A DNA stretch of 64,000 nt, taken from contig OZ199838.1 of NCBI GenBank assembly GCA_964304625.1, positions 12,068,524 to 12,132,523 of the forward strand. The letters are read 5' to 3'. The DNA is from Kudoa neothunni. Taxonomy: Eukaryota > Animalia > Cnidaria. The position numbers and the translations under genes were made by a program. The number at the start of each line of letters is the position of its first letter. Position 1 is the stretch's first letter. Positions 29,101-43,114 of the stretch are shown here, one piece after another. Below the pieces are notes generated by a model. That model had not been told where the DNA came from and did not search any database. It saw nothing but the letters and a program-made list of their open reading frames with translations.

Positions 29101-32100
29101 CACATAACTAATTTAATCGAATTTATGTACAAAATGATGAAATAAAAAGATGGGGTCGATCCGAGCCCAAATGATCGTTTTGGGGTATCCTTCAAATTTT
29201 GACTACAAAAAAACCTAAATTATCTAATTTTCCTCATTTACATAGAAGAATATATTTGTGAAGAATTGCTTGAATTCAAGAACATTATATTGCGGGGAGG
29301 AAAAATTATACGTTATTCAATTTTTCTTTGGGGTCGATTCGATCTCAATATCGTTGAAGGGTTAAATAAAATTATTGGCTAGCTTCAGAGTTGATAAATA
29401 TTAATTAAACACTTAAATTCGCAAAGAAAATATTTAAAATAATATAATATTAAAAAAATGTAAAAACACCATTATAAAAAATGATTGGCGAAAATAACTT
29501 CAGATTTATTTATCCTACTTTAAAAGGTGAATGTATTCCTAAGGAAGAATACCGGTCATTGTTCTATACTCAATAAGTTTTTGAAAATATTTTTATTAAA
29601 TTTAAATATATATAACTGATTTACACCTTGCGTGCAGAAATAATTCTCCAACGCGATCAAATGATAACGAAAAATACGTTTTTAACTCAACTATGCATAC
29701 GTTAAATTGAACAGGCTTCAGTATGAATATATAAATAATATCTTTAAAAAAATTGTTAATATATAACGTAACTGAGTACCCTTCTTAAAGGTGAGACATT
29801 TATCGATCTTAAAAAACAGTTACCATTAAATTAACATTCAATCGCACAATCAAAAAATCTTTAACATTATGTTAAACAAGTTGATTAATTCTATAATTAA
29901 AAAAAATAACGAATAAAACTTGAATGTGGGCTAACTAACATAATAAAGAGCTTAAATCCACCTATATTAACGGATTCCTGCAGAAGTGTGAGTTTTAAAC
30001 CTACTTACATTAAATTCTAAGGAATTTGTTATTCTTATAAACTATGATACTGAGTGGGGTTTTCATTCACCATACAGTTGAACCTCGATTATCCGTAAAA
30101 TTTGGGACCAGTGATTTTCTATCCGGATAGAGAGATTCTGGTTAATCGAATATAAACAATGCTACATACGCGCATTTTTTGAAATTTCTACTTAAAGGAT
30201 TATTTACTTGATTTATAAACGATTTTTTCTATTTATGAAGTAAAATATTTTAACTTCTGCAACTTAAAATAAAAATATTGGCATATCTATCAACTAAGAA
30301 TATGGAGACTTGGAAGAAAAAACAGTAAATAATTATGGGAGAAAAACACTTACACAAAGAAGTAATCTACTTTTGTAAATAATCGGTAATTCATTTTAGT
30401 GTAATATACATACAGGCATATGTTCAGATATAGTACAAATTTATATGGGAATCGAAAGCTTAATTTAAGTTTTAAAAGAAAAATTTATGAATGTTTAATC
30501 TAGAAATATTTTTGTTTTAAATAATGCATTGATATATAGGCTACATTGTACATGTCGTACGATGATGGGTGTTACTTTTATCCCCAATAATGATTAAATA
30601 GTTGTTCCGGACAATCAAACATTTGTCAGCTCGTAACTCCAACAAAATCCAAATAAAATTTAAAATATCATTCGGATAATCGAGGTTAGATGGTATTAAA
30701 TTATTCCTGACATTTAGAAGCACAGCGATTCATCACAAATAATTAAAAATTACAGGATCTAAAAAATAGCTGCATTGTCACTCATAAATTGTCGTTGCTA
30801 AGATTAAAAGTAACATACACTTCATCTGTTATTAAACTTCCTCATAACAGTAGCCACAGTTAAAATTCTTATGATTAGTCTCACGAGTTAGGCATTTAAT
30901 CTAATAACATGGCTCTAAAACCCCCATTATATAAAATGGCAGAATACTCTTCGATAATGTAAAGATAAATTTTAATTTGTAATTTATTGGAAAACACATT
31001 TTGGGTTAAAAAAATCTATACCTTAACTAATATCACGTGAATTAACACACAGCATTTTATTCATCGCAAATTAGCTCAAAGAGGAAACATGTCCTGACAT
31101 AATTGCAATAATTGTTTATGATTCCAAAATTACAGTCAATTATTAAAATACTATATTGTTCTTATGTAAAATAAACGTTAAGTTTTCCGTGCTGGGCTTT
31201 ATACCATACCTCGAAAATTAATATTTATATTTAATCTATTGTAATTTTAAATTAAAATTGAATGAATAACTTGATTATTTTTAAATTATTCTCTGATGGA
31301 GAAAAATATTAAAGAAAGGAATTTCCACTCACACTATAAATACATTTAATTCTTCTATAATTTTTTATGATTTTGCATGAATGGAAATTAAAATCTGTTA
31401 TATTTAACATTTTTAAATATATAAAATCGATTAAATAGTCACAATTTAATTATACATGCGATTATAAATCAATCTGGAAACTTTATGTAACAATAAAAGT
31501 GAATATTTACGCTTTCTTCTTTCGTGGTTTCCACAACAACCACATCAGGCAAGCACGAAAAGTACCAATAATTTCTATGGAACCTATCGGACCCAATGAT
31601 ACCCCCTGTATAACCATTGAAAAATTTTTTAGCCTCATCTATATAGTAATCTAAACTGTTTGGTTCAGTTCTAAAAGGTAACAACGATCAAAAATTAACA
31701 AACCAAGTGTAAATAAAAAAAATCACCCACCCAATAGTGGTTTTTGTAGACGAGGAGACATTTCCTACAAATTTTTCCATTATACTACACCAAAATCATC
31801 CAACAGAACATGCATTATGCTAAATCACGTTGAATTAATGGCAGCATTATTTTTCTTCTGTAAATTAGTTTTGCTCGTTGATTTCGTGAGCATGTTTTCA
31901 GCTATTTTATTTTTATAACTATGACAAATTGAAAAATCTTATTCTAAATCACTCTCAAGCAAAAGTACTTTTTATTGTATTCATCGCAGACAGCTCTCAA
32001 TAGCGAAACATCAAGGTAGATAAAATCCAAAAGCAATTTTAAAATATCAATTTTAACGTCCCGCCCCATGCAACTAAAGTAGTCCAATTCAGTAGCTAGC

Positions 32101-33874
32101 TTTTCAATAAAATAAGGATATTTTTTGGTGAACGAACTGGCATATGCGACTAATCGATCGTAAATAGAACCTGTTCCAAAAATTAAAATGTATTCAATTT
32201 TAAAATCCTAAAATAACCATTAAGTGGCTGAGTGTTTCTTTTATTGTTTTGACGGTTGGACGCAGAATGAATAGGAGGCTTAATAGTTGTGTGTTCGTTG
32301 CAATCATCGGTCTTGGAAAGTTCACTCAATTGTTCACTTTTACTGATAAGTAATATTGTCAGCATTAGGCCTACAAACTCAGGTAGCGTGTATATATTGA
32401 AATATGAATCAATGGTGGAATGGTTAAGATTGAGGCCAGATTTACAAGTGGCCAGAAAAGCACAATAATATTGATCCACTTGGTTATATTTTTCATTTTG
32501 TGTTATAATCTGATCTCTATCAATTGTATACTCGCTGAAATCAAAAATCCGATCAACGATAATTTTCATAAGAAAAAAAATGAGTCGATTGAACGAAAAT
32601 GACGTTCTGTCCGCGGGATTATTAGATCCGTTGACGCCACCATTACTATCAACTTTTGGTTTATGTACATTATTCTTATCACTATTATTTCCAGTAATTG
32701 CAATCTCTGAAATAAGATCGTCTAGAGTAATTTTGTTCTCATAATTGACGGATGCTGAATATAATTCGATGATCTCTTGATCGAAGTCGCATATTTTACA
32801 AAATATAGCGCTGAATTTGTTAAAAAATTCACACACTTCAATTAAATTGATCAATTGGTCTGTAGTGAGAGCGTTATTGTAAAGGCGACATAAAGGAGTG
32901 ATTGGAGGCAACGTCTAATCAATTTTTCGAATATACAAAACAACCGCCAATTGCAATCACTTTAATGTTAGCAATTTCAACATCTTCATTAGTGTTTTTA
33001 ATTGTATCGTAGATTTTTTGAGATAAACACTTTTTAACTTCACAATGTAGGTAACTAAAAGTTAATGTTAGGAGCTTACCAACTTTTAGATGTGTTTGCA
33101 TAAATAACACAATAGTATCTCGAGTAAATGAGGAGTCGATGTATCATTTCGACAAAAAAATTACCTGGATCCCGAAAAAAATTCCTGATAAAATTTAATA
33201 TCCAACCGATAGATTCTAAGTATATGAGATCTAATATTCCATTTTAATGTGACTTTATCTCTACGACAACAATATAAAATGAATGAATATATCATGTTTT
33301 CGGTGGTTTGGGTGTTAGCATTATTTTTCAAATTCCTGTATATGATATGTGATATAAAACAAACTATAGAATGTCAAATAAATTACAATTTCGACATAGC
33401 AATTTTCAAAAGGGTGTCAGCGCCATGATATGTAGGATTACCGAGGGACAACATCGAATTTGATTTCATTTGATCGTTTGATAGTTCCACCTCGCTCATC
33501 AACATGGATAAATCCACAATCAAAAATGCTAATATAATTTGCTGTTGAGATTCGGTGAGTTTGGATTGACGATTAACGCTTTTCTTCTCCATTTTTAGAG
33601 CAGCTTTATAGGACATACATTGTGAATTACCACTAGCAAAAACATCCTTCCATATTTCTCTCTCGTATAACTCCAAGCGCTCTTTATAACGTCTACATAT
33701 ATTTAATAATAAATCACATAAACATAACATATGGTATGAATAATACTTTTCCGAATGAAAAACTTCTCCGGTGTATTTAATTAGATATCGCTTACAACAT
33801 GAATTGTACGAGGTTGGAGTCAGATCATTGACATATGGGTAATTCAACCGGCCAACTTCAGATGACCAAGGCAT
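26130..33874 (-). CDS. BAZ1A: BAZ1A/ACF1-like ISWI accessory subunit (WAC, DDT, WHIM, three PHD fingers), multi-exon
   Basis: WAC-like YTGEVFHSE..YKERLELYEREIW...SYKAALKME, DDT-like LIEVCEFFNKFS, WHIM2-like IIGSDRFHRNYWYF, and three C4HC3 PHD fingers in ORF 26130-27029. Start (MPWSS at 33874) and 3' end are inferred; a ~3.6-kb TE-filled intron region lies at ~27.9-31.5 kb. Confidence 0.8.
28151..29361. mobile_element. piggyBac-like non-autonomous element in BAZ1A-like intron
   Basis: TTAA|TCCTCTAACGAT ... ATCGTTGAAGGG|TTAA, with GGTCGA-N-CGACCC-type palindromic subterminal repeats at ~28196, ~29152 and ~29330. Confidence 0.65.
30075..30693. mobile_element. Tigger/pogo-type MITE in BAZ1A-like intron
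   Basis: TA|CAGTTGAACCTCGATTATCCG ... CGGATAATCGAGGTTAGATGG|TA. Related termini at ~60050-60090. Confidence 0.75.
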
Positions 33875-34566
33875 GCCTCCTATGCCAAAATTCAGCCTAC
33901 TGCTATTTCCGCGCAGCCGATGCCTAGTTTCCCTATGTTCGCGCACTCTCTGCTTCACCTGATGTGATTTATTAGTGGCCGGCTGCCCCAACACCTCTAC
34001 GCAATTTTTTATTCTAAATATTTATAATGATGGTTTATTGTTATTTTCATTGTCTTAGATTCTGCTTGTTTTCAGTCAATTATGTGCCGTCTGTGGCAAC
34101 CGAACATAGAATTATTGTTTTAACTGTCATGAACGCCATACAAATTATTTATATTTATCTAAGTTAACCGTGGGAGATCTCCAAATCAATATAATACGTT
34201 TAATATTGGTTCACGTGATTGTTTACCACCAAAATCAAATAATTGTATTGCATTCTGTAAAAAGGATCCCTAGGCATATTTCAAGGATTAATCATTAAAT
34301 TATTTTAATCTGCTCACGATTAGTGCAATCATTTTAAGCTTGCGCTAAATTACAGTAATATTTAAGCCTCAATGAGATGACTATTAGCACGTTATTCGTG
34401 GGAAATCTAGCATTATTTGATATCATCCACAATATGTTATCAATGAATTTTTTTAAAAGTTTCATTCGTAATGAAATATGACCTAAATAAATATATACAT
34501 TTATCAGTAGATTTATTTATTGGAATAAAAAATAAATTGAGGCGCTTGCGTCGTAAATATCGCACT

Positions 34567-35094
34567 TAGGGCTGCCAGCGGGATTTTAGAAAAACCCAAG
34601 GTCGAGAAAAACGCTAGTCTAAAGTACAAAAAAAAAATAGAATCATATCTATTAAAGTTTTTAATCATCTTCCCAGTCTTCAAATACGTCTACAGATATT
34701 AAATTTAAATTTATCGTCGTATTATTGCAATTTATTGGCGCGAACATCCACTCATACATAATGTCTAATATAGATCAATATGCTCACAATGAATTAATTC
34801 ATTCATAGTTCAAGATATACTTTGAAGTAACGTTAAATTTTCTAATAATGTGCGACAATGTTAATTGAACAACTATGCATTCGTGCCCCGATAAACAATC
34901 TATTGTGCTGTTGTTCAATATCGTAAATGTTTAAACCCTGCGTGATATAATCTGAGTAGGATACGTTATTAAAAATATAAATATTAATGTTGCACACAAC
35001 AAAATTTGTGTTATTGTTCAATGTTTACAGGTTTTCAATAAAAAACCAAGATTTTGAAGAAAAATGAAAAAAAAAACAAGCAGTGGACGCCCTG
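34567..35094. mobile_element. hAT MITE related to 23424-24273
   Basis: Termini TAGGGCTGCCA / TGGACGCCCTG and shared subterminal sequence (AGGTCG(A/C)AAAAAC; AAAAACC(C)AAG). Confidence 0.55.
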
Positions 35095-36993
35095 ATTCCA
35101 TTACATTGATTCTTAGTTAGTAGTCTGAGTCTTGGAAAAATTTGAAAATGTTATAAACGCTTTGCAATTATTTATTTTATATGCATTTTGTTATCATTCG
35201 ACGTTGAGATAATCCTTTTTCCGCGAAAAATCTTTTTCAAGAAGGTTTTTAACTTTTGGTGCGAATTATATTTCTCCGATGATTTAAGAGTAAAAATCCT
35301 CGATGGTTTTTACATTAAATTTCTCTTGGCAGTGGCTATTCGCATGAATGGGAATATCTCCTAGAATATGTGAGATATTAAAAATTTGATTTCACAATTG
35401 CAATAGGTTATATTTGTCCTACAAAATTTTATAAAACTTTTTGGATGCTTTTAAAAGGAGAATTTGTCCATTCAAACCATACTTTAACCATCTCTCATGT
35501 ACAAAAATCGTGCTTTTTCTTGATTTAATAACATTTCTAAATGCTTGTACACAATATTTTAGTGAATTAAATTTTACTGTCCGCAATAAAATTGATTATT
35601 GTCATGTTAGACGTTTCCCGCACAGTGCATTGGTTGCATGCCTTGCATGGTCTCACAATTTTAATAATTGTCATATATTGAGCGTTAATTCTCATCTGAT
35701 CTGAATTGTACCATAAAATTCATAGATTTTACTATTCTCCGAAATAATTTTATACGCTAAACCGTTTGGTTACGTTGAATCTATGCGGTTAATTTAAAAT
35801 GTGAATCTCCGCGAATACCCTTACCCTTTTTTGAGAACTGTACTATTTAACTCACGTTTCACTTAAATTAAATATGATAGATATATCTATATTTATTTCT
35901 ATCGCATCTTTCTTCATAACGACTATACGAGATTCGGTTAGCTTGACTCATAGCAAATGCATGTATCGTATGTTAAATCTGAAGTTTCGATCAAATGATT
36001 ATTAAATGAATTAGTCGATGTTCCCCTTTGGCTGAAGACAAAAATATGAACAATAATAACAGATAAATACCAATGCCTCAGATAGTGCCTTAAGATGACG
36101 TTTGAATCTGCTCCTTTTTGATATGTAGGTTTCGTCTCTGTCAAATATTCCAACGTGAAGATAAATAAAAATGTATGGAATAAATTCAGAGAAAAAAATT
36201 TTAAACATGAAAAGTTTCGAGAAAATAGTTTGTAATATTAGCAACGTTCAAGTTGCTTCCATATGTGATGAATTATATGTATAGGCACGGATTTTACAAT
36301 CTCGATATTTATTTTGATAAAAGACAGAAACTAATCGTAAGTGAATGGATCGTTTTCCAAGTTATGCTGAAAATTAATTTAAAAACTCTGCAAATGATAG
36401 ATTGGAATCGGAAAATGAAAGATCGAAAGCGTTGTTAAAAAATTTTCAACTCTGCAAGAATTCTTCATATCGTTCTTTTGTTACCTGAAATCCATCAGAA
36501 TTGAAGGAAAACATAATGGTTACCAAATAATTACAGTCATATGATATTATAAAATACAACGAAACTTTCCATCAATTTTATACTTGCCTGGCTCTTTACT
36601 GATCTAATATTACTATGATGTATCCAAAATAAAAATTATCAAGGAGAATTGAATTAAATTAAATTTTTTGAAAATAAAATTTTGGTTTATTATTGATTTA
36701 AAAAATATGTCGCTCAATGAATTTAATAAAATTGTTTTCAAACCAAAGAGCATAGAATAAAAACATTAAAAAGATAATAGCAACCGACCGGTAAAAACAT
36801 CGTTTCATAAAAAAAAATCAGAGGTATTTCGTATTTCAGTAGGCTCATTTTTTTCTACTATTCTTAGCCACCGGAATTAAATGTGAAAATTTCTCGTACA
36901 CATGCCTCATTCGAGTTTTTAACGCACGATTTGGTAAATAATTTGAGTTAATGGTACTGGATACCGTAAATAACCTTTGAATACTGTTATTAA

Positions 36994-39335
36994 CCCATTA
37001 AGGTTTGTTGGGTCCTTTCGGGCCCCTGTTTAGGTGCCGTCTATAGAGTTTAATATTGCGACTATTAACTAGTTAATTTCCATATAAATATATATGTGGT
37101 CCTGTTATTTAAAAATTATTTGTAAAGTTATTTATGAATTCTAAACATTTTAATATACATCTCTTTTCATCGGCCAGTACAGTTGCATATAATAGAACCA
37201 TAACATAGGCTATACATCCGAAAAAATTTTTAATTTTTGTTTGTTCTCTTAAAACATATTGTCATTTAACCGTCTAAGTACCTGTAATAGAAAATAATAC
37301 ATAAATACCAGTTAATATTCACGTTACAATAGTGGGCCGAAAAGGGAACGATAAACCCTCGAGACATGTAGATGCTAAGTGGGATTAACATGGCTGACAT
37401 TACCGAGTACATTAAACTAAGTGAAGCAATCTGTGAACTTAGCGAATATACTTTTGAAGAGGTTCCAGATATTGTAGCTCTTCCTCCAGATAATGTTGAC
37501 GCCCTTACTGACTTGGAAAATAACTTATTTCCCATACAAGATAATATATTGGAAAATGATGACATCCTCGATGTTTCTGGGCGTGTCCAATTGTTTAAAC
37601 TTCAAAAGCTAGAAACCAAAAGTGTTGTCAAATACAGTAATGTTAAATGGGAAAAGGTTTTACCAACCAATTCCTCCGAAACAGTTAATAAATCTATCTC
37701 GAAACCCTCGATAGACGACGCATATATTGGTAGATACCTTTCAAAATTAATTTGTATGATTTTTAGGTTCATTTGAAACGTTCAAAAAATTTTTGGATGA
37801 CAGCGTTCTGTTGCACGTTGTAAAACAGTCGAATTTGTATGCTCGACAGAAGAATAACCACTCTTTCAATCTAACTGTGTCTGAATTGAAAACCTTCATT
37901 GGGATTTTAATTCTCTCAGGTTATCATATCCTACCAAGCCAAAAAATGTATTGGGAGATGAATGAAGATTCCGGGGTTACTATTGTAAAAAAAGCTGACA
38001 CTTAAAGATTTAAAGAAATAAAAAGATATATCCATTTCAACAATAATGATTGTATAAATAAATCCGATAAGTTATTTAAGATCAGGCCTTTAGTAGAAAA
38101 ACTAAACCAAAACTTCAAATCATTCGGGTTCTTTGAAAAAATTTTATCCATAGACGAACAAATGGTACCGTATTGTGGAATGCATTCGGCCAAGATGTTT
38201 CTAAAGGGCAAGCCTGTTCGATTCGGTTTTAAACTTTGGATAATGGCTAGCAAAGATGGTTACATTACAGTTTTAAAATCTATTGTGGAAAACAAGAAAC
38301 TAATAAAACCTATGACGGCTTAGGTGAAAGCGTGGTGATGAATTTTATCGAGGAAATTGGTGATACCTCTGAGGTTGAAGTTTACTTTGACAATTTTTTC
38401 TCCTCGTACAGATTATTTAAACTTCTACAAGAAAACAAAGTAAATGCTACCGGTACAATTAGACTGAACCGGACAAATCGATGTCCACTTCAGCCACCAA
38501 AACAGTTTTCCAAATTGCCAAGGGGTGCTTTTGAAGTTTATGGTGATAAACAGGGTATTTTTTGTGTTCAATGGAATGACACAAAACCAGTGATACTGAT
38601 GAGTAATTTTATGTCTTGTTTTCCTATTGGATCAGCTAAAAGATTCTCAAAAAAAGAAAAAAAATACAATAACATAACACAGCCAAAGATTGTTAGTGAT
38701 TACAATGCGAATATGGGAGGTGTCGATCTAGCTGATAACGCAATTGCAAATTACAGAATCAAAATAAAGGGTAAAAAATGGTACTGGCCATTATTCATTA
38801 ATCTTATTTCCATGTGTGTCACCAATTCATGGAAAATAATGCGCCACTTTAATAACCCCACAATAACATTAATTCAACATACACGCGAAATTGTTGCCAA
38901 TCTAATAACTCCACAACGGTATTTAATTATGAGGAAGAGGTCTCGATTGCAGTTGAATATTTCAATGAATATGTGTTCTGGAGTCGTACTTGTGAGTGAT
39001 GCCAACAAAAGACGACTCAGATGTGTTGTGTGCCACAAGAAAACATACCTTTATTGTGAGGGGTGTTCATCGAGACTTCATCTTAAATGTTCAAATACTT
39101 TTCATTCGGATAAATATATTTAAAAAAAACTTGATTAATAAATTAAATATTTGTGTTTTATTTCGCACATGCACTTTTCGGGAGTTTATTGGGTCCTTTT
39201 TGGCCCTTCAGAAAATTTGTTGTGTATCTCTCAGCTTTGTCATAATTTAAAAAATTTAAGATTATTTAGGCATTTTTGAAAAATACTTAACACATTATTT
39301 TTTTTATAATTTCTAAACGGTAGAATTTTAATGGG
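36994..39335 (+). mobile_element. Full-length piggyBac transposon
   Basis: TTAA|CCCATTAA ... TTAATGGG|TTAA, GGGTCC-N-GGCCC subterminal palindromes at ~37010 and ~39190, internal transposase. Confidence 0.93.
37372..39123 (+). pseudogene. piggyBac (PGBD-like) transposase, two frameshifts, probable 37-nt intron
   Basis: Motifs ELKTFIGILILSGYH, LSIDEQMVPY, KPVRFGFKLW, VYFDNFF, YNANMGGVDLAD, KKWYWPLF and a C-terminal Cys-rich domain CVVC...CEGC...LHLKC. Frame breaks at ~38000 and ~38260. Confidence 0.92.
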
Positions 39336-39720
39336 TTAACTCAAGAAAAGTACGATTATATGCATAAGAGACGATTAAAGTATGGTTTTAATGGAAAAAT
39401 TTTCTACAATTTTTTTTAGGAAAAATATAGCCTATTGTAATTGTAAAATAAAATTTTTAATATCTCGCATATTCTAGGAGATATTCCCATCCACGCAAAT
39501 AGCCACGTCCATTTCTTTTTTCAAATCTAGCTAATGATATCTCTACAAGTAACGATGTGTTTATTTCCTAACTGCGACTTCAGATTCACTTCTAACGATG
39601 TTTCACTAAAGAATATTTTTCATTATAGTTCCCCTCTAATGCTGAGATTCTCAACCGGGGATAAATTTTAAATGACAGGGGATACTCAAAGTGACATTAA
39701 AATTAGATAGAGGCAATTCT

Positions 39721-39994
39721 TGATCAATAAAATCATCATCCGTTTCTGAATTATTGAAGAGGGACTGTCATTGCGCCATTGTTATTTCTATGAATTAGAG
39801 CGGATATCATTATAAACCACATTACTATGTATCTACAACATGTGTCTATGTTTATCCTTCATTCCGCAACTAGCTACCAAATGGATGTAACTATAAAAAC
39901 TTATTAATTGTTTAATCGTGGTAAAAAAGGAAAGAAAACGCTTAATTTAATCACACGGTCAAAGCAAAATGTACGTACGACCGGTCCATCACTG
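39721..39994 (-). repeat. Tc1/mariner-type element end, copy 2
   Basis: Homologous to 1262-1532. Confidence 0.65.
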
Positions 39995-41161
39995 TATATC
40001 TCTGGTACCGGATAATTCCTTCATGACAGTGACTATATTTGGGGCTATGAATTTTTCAAAAATTTTTTTATATATTATTATAAAATTCTATTTTTCAACC
40101 TAACTTTAACCGACCTAGTTTTTTATAATTTTTTAATAATTTGGAAATGTTTATGGTTTGATACATTCGATCACCCCGATATCAACAATAGATACGCAAC
40201 TCCCATTAGAATCTAACACATAAATTATTCATTTTTGTAAGAAGTAAAATATATTTATTAATTGTTTATTACTTCAATCAACCATAAAATATTGTGTTTT
40301 AACGAAATCCGGCGTTCAATAACCTTAAATAAGTCTTGAAAACATTCAATATTACAACGCTTATCATCAAGGGATGAAAAAAATTACAGAAAAATTTTTA
40401 ATATTTATATATGGTCAAATGTTATGCTTTTTTTATAAAACCAATCGTCCTTAAATATATACCTCTCAATCACCTAATCGATTTCACGTTCGGAGGAATT
40501 GAATTGAGTTCCTATCTTTAACATTTTCAAGCTCAGAAATCAGAGTAGTGCAGCACTATTGACGCGGCCACAATTATTCTCTTCTCAAAAGTTTAATTTA
40601 CAAAAAATGGTTTTATACCTTCCAAAAATAATACACCTGATTATATGGTACCAATATCTCCATCAAAAACTTAATTGTTTAAAATTGATCAATAATTATA
40701 AAAAAATTAAATTGATTAAAAATAATTTGAAACATAAAGTTTTATGGTAATATATAAAATAATTCTCGTAAAACTCATTATCTGAGATTTAGCCGCTCCC
40801 ATTTGTAAATTCAATTTTGTCGAATCCTCAATTTTATTTTGCAAAGTTAATGTACAAATTAATCTTTTACAATTTCTACACATCCTTATTCGTCTGTCTA
40901 ATTTTATCATTTCCCTCATTACTTACCCGTTTATTTGGAATCGTGTTACCGAATTACATCCTAAAATAAACACGATGGACAATACTTTAAAAATTTGACA
41001 ATTAAAATCGACTGTGACCAAAAATTACAAACCAAAGTTATGATTATTTCAAACGCTGTTAGAGTAAATAATTTAGAATCAAAAAATCAACAATAACAAA
41101 AAGAAATAACACAACCGGTTCGATTAGGTATCAGACAAAATATTATGTATTACAAATTCAT

Positions 41162-42006
41162 CTATTCATTTTTAACTATAGCTGGCGTTTCTTCAGTGGT
41201 GGCGTTAGAAGTGGGATTAGGTTTTGCATTTTCCTGTTTACTAGCAGCGACAATTTTTTCGATTTCCTCCTCAATTTTTTTGATACTTTCTGGTATTGGA
41301 TCTGTGCACAAATCAAAAATGGTTTTAAAAGTTTGCGCATCTAAATCAAGGATAGGATAAAAACGGGCGTAACTAATAACAATAGACCACCTTTCACTGA
41401 ACTGAATCTGCAGGCAAAAGTTTCTCGAGTTGATGTACCATCACAATTGTCGGCAAGTGTGCTCCACACCCAGGCTTTTTCATTTGTGGCCATAGGTTTG
41501 AGTTCCATTCCTTTCAGAACTATATGAATGAATCAATTATTGCTACGAACAAAATATGATCGATTACTGTAATGATTCGCACAGAGTTTAAGTGTCTTAT
41601 CGCGTCGCATAACTATTCTAAACTTATCGGAGTCGTTGACGCGGACAATCTTCATGATACCAGTACCTCTTTCCTTGTATTGAGGTTGATCTTCAGAAGT
41701 ATCATATCGATAGATTTTAGCTCGCCTAAACAAAGAATAAAATAAATAATTATACATCTGTAAAACTCTAGTGAGACATACAATTTTGTTATTTCAACAA
41801 AATTTTTCTCGCCATCATCCAACGTGGTGGCTTCCAATTTAGCAACAGGCTCAAACGAGGCTGTGCATTCCTCAGTAGTTTCAGGTTCGGTAGGCTTTTC
41901 GTCATTTTTATTAGCAGCCGAATCTGCAACAGGGGTCTCAACCTTTTTCTACAGTTTATTAATGAAAACGTTGAATTTATTAAAGCCTCACTGGTTCCTC
42001 AGTCAT
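41162..42006 (-). CDS. RANBP1: Ran-binding protein 1 (RanBD), 5 exons
   Basis: Spliced translation MTEEP|...ASFEPVAKL...DGE...|RAKIYRY...[11 protein letters not shown]...[17 protein letters not shown]|..[17 protein letters not shown]...ETFACRF|DAQTFK. Four short GT-AG introns. Confidence 0.93.
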
Positions 42007-43114
42007 TCCCACGAGATGGACGATTCATCCCGACAATTGTGCTGCAGGTTTGTCTCATGCTCGGATATTGCGTGACCGTCTGTTATTTGTCTGAGTGCCG
42101 CTTCTATTTAGTCATTAGCAAAATTTTTAAAAAATTTAACATTCAATAGATATAATTTAATATGTTTTGTGTTCAATGTTGTTTTGTTGATATAACGATT
42201 AGCATTGCGTAGATCCCAAATAATTACAAAATCAAATTATTAACTATAATAGTTTTATTTGATTATATTTATACGTGAATATAAGAATTGTATGGCAGTA
42301 ATCAAAAAACGCGTTGAACAAAAAAGTCATCTTGGAGTATCTTAAGTTCAAAGGTTACGCTCTAATCTCCTGAGTGAGCCGTAAAATTTACATTTTCTAT
42401 AAGAAAATAAGGAGTAATGATGATATGCTTTTTTTGAAAATTAAAATCAAAAATATATTGTTCATTTATTAGGATTTAAGGTAGTGCGTTTTTTATCAAC
42501 ACGGAAAACCGACAATTTACACCGGTGCTTACACGCATAAAAAATTTTGTATAGTGGCAATAACTACTTATTGCTTTTCTCAATGTATCATTAACACGAG
42601 AAAGAGTCTTTTATTCGAAGAAACAAGACGCATTATAATATAGTCTGATTTTTCTGTAAAATTTGATTTTGCTAATAAAACAAATTGGTTTAAGTTTTTC
42701 AACATTTCATATCTGTTTATTCCACACAAGAAGATTAATTTTGGTAGGAAAGTAAAATATTATTAAAACTAATTTTTTATATGATGTTCAAATAATATTT
42801 TGGATGTTTTGTACAATATAGAGCTGAATAAATTAGGTGTATAATTTTTGGGAGGTTTTTCATGTTTACTTTCGATATCATGAAAAGCATTATTTCAGGA
42901 GTAATTCTGAGTGCATATGCAATATAGAATATCAAAGGATTATAATAAATTTTAGGTCAAATTAATACGTGCAATAATCTTCCTTTATGCGAGAACGGTG
43001 CGCTTTGATAACAAACACATATGGGATTCGTTAATCGTTACCATAAATCGAATCATGACATATTTTAGATATATAGTTAAGATATATTGAAATTTTGAGG
43101 TATAATGATTATTA

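Larger units (their letters stand above)
35328..39510. mobile_element. Long-TIR element with 9-bp TSD (Merlin- or Mutator-like), non-autonomous, interrupted by a piggyBac
   Basis: ~200-bp imperfect TIRs (GGCAGTGGCTATTCGCATG... / ...CACGCAAATAGCCACGTCC). Flanks ATTTCTCTT (35319-35327) and ATTTCTTTT (39511-39519). Confidence 0.8.

Noticed and set aside
33875-33994. GC-rich segment upstream of the BAZ1A-like start as a snoRNA or N-terminal extension
   Set aside because: No convincing box C/D or H/ACA architecture. The ORF extension starts at a non-ATG codon, so it is more simply 5' UTR or promoter.
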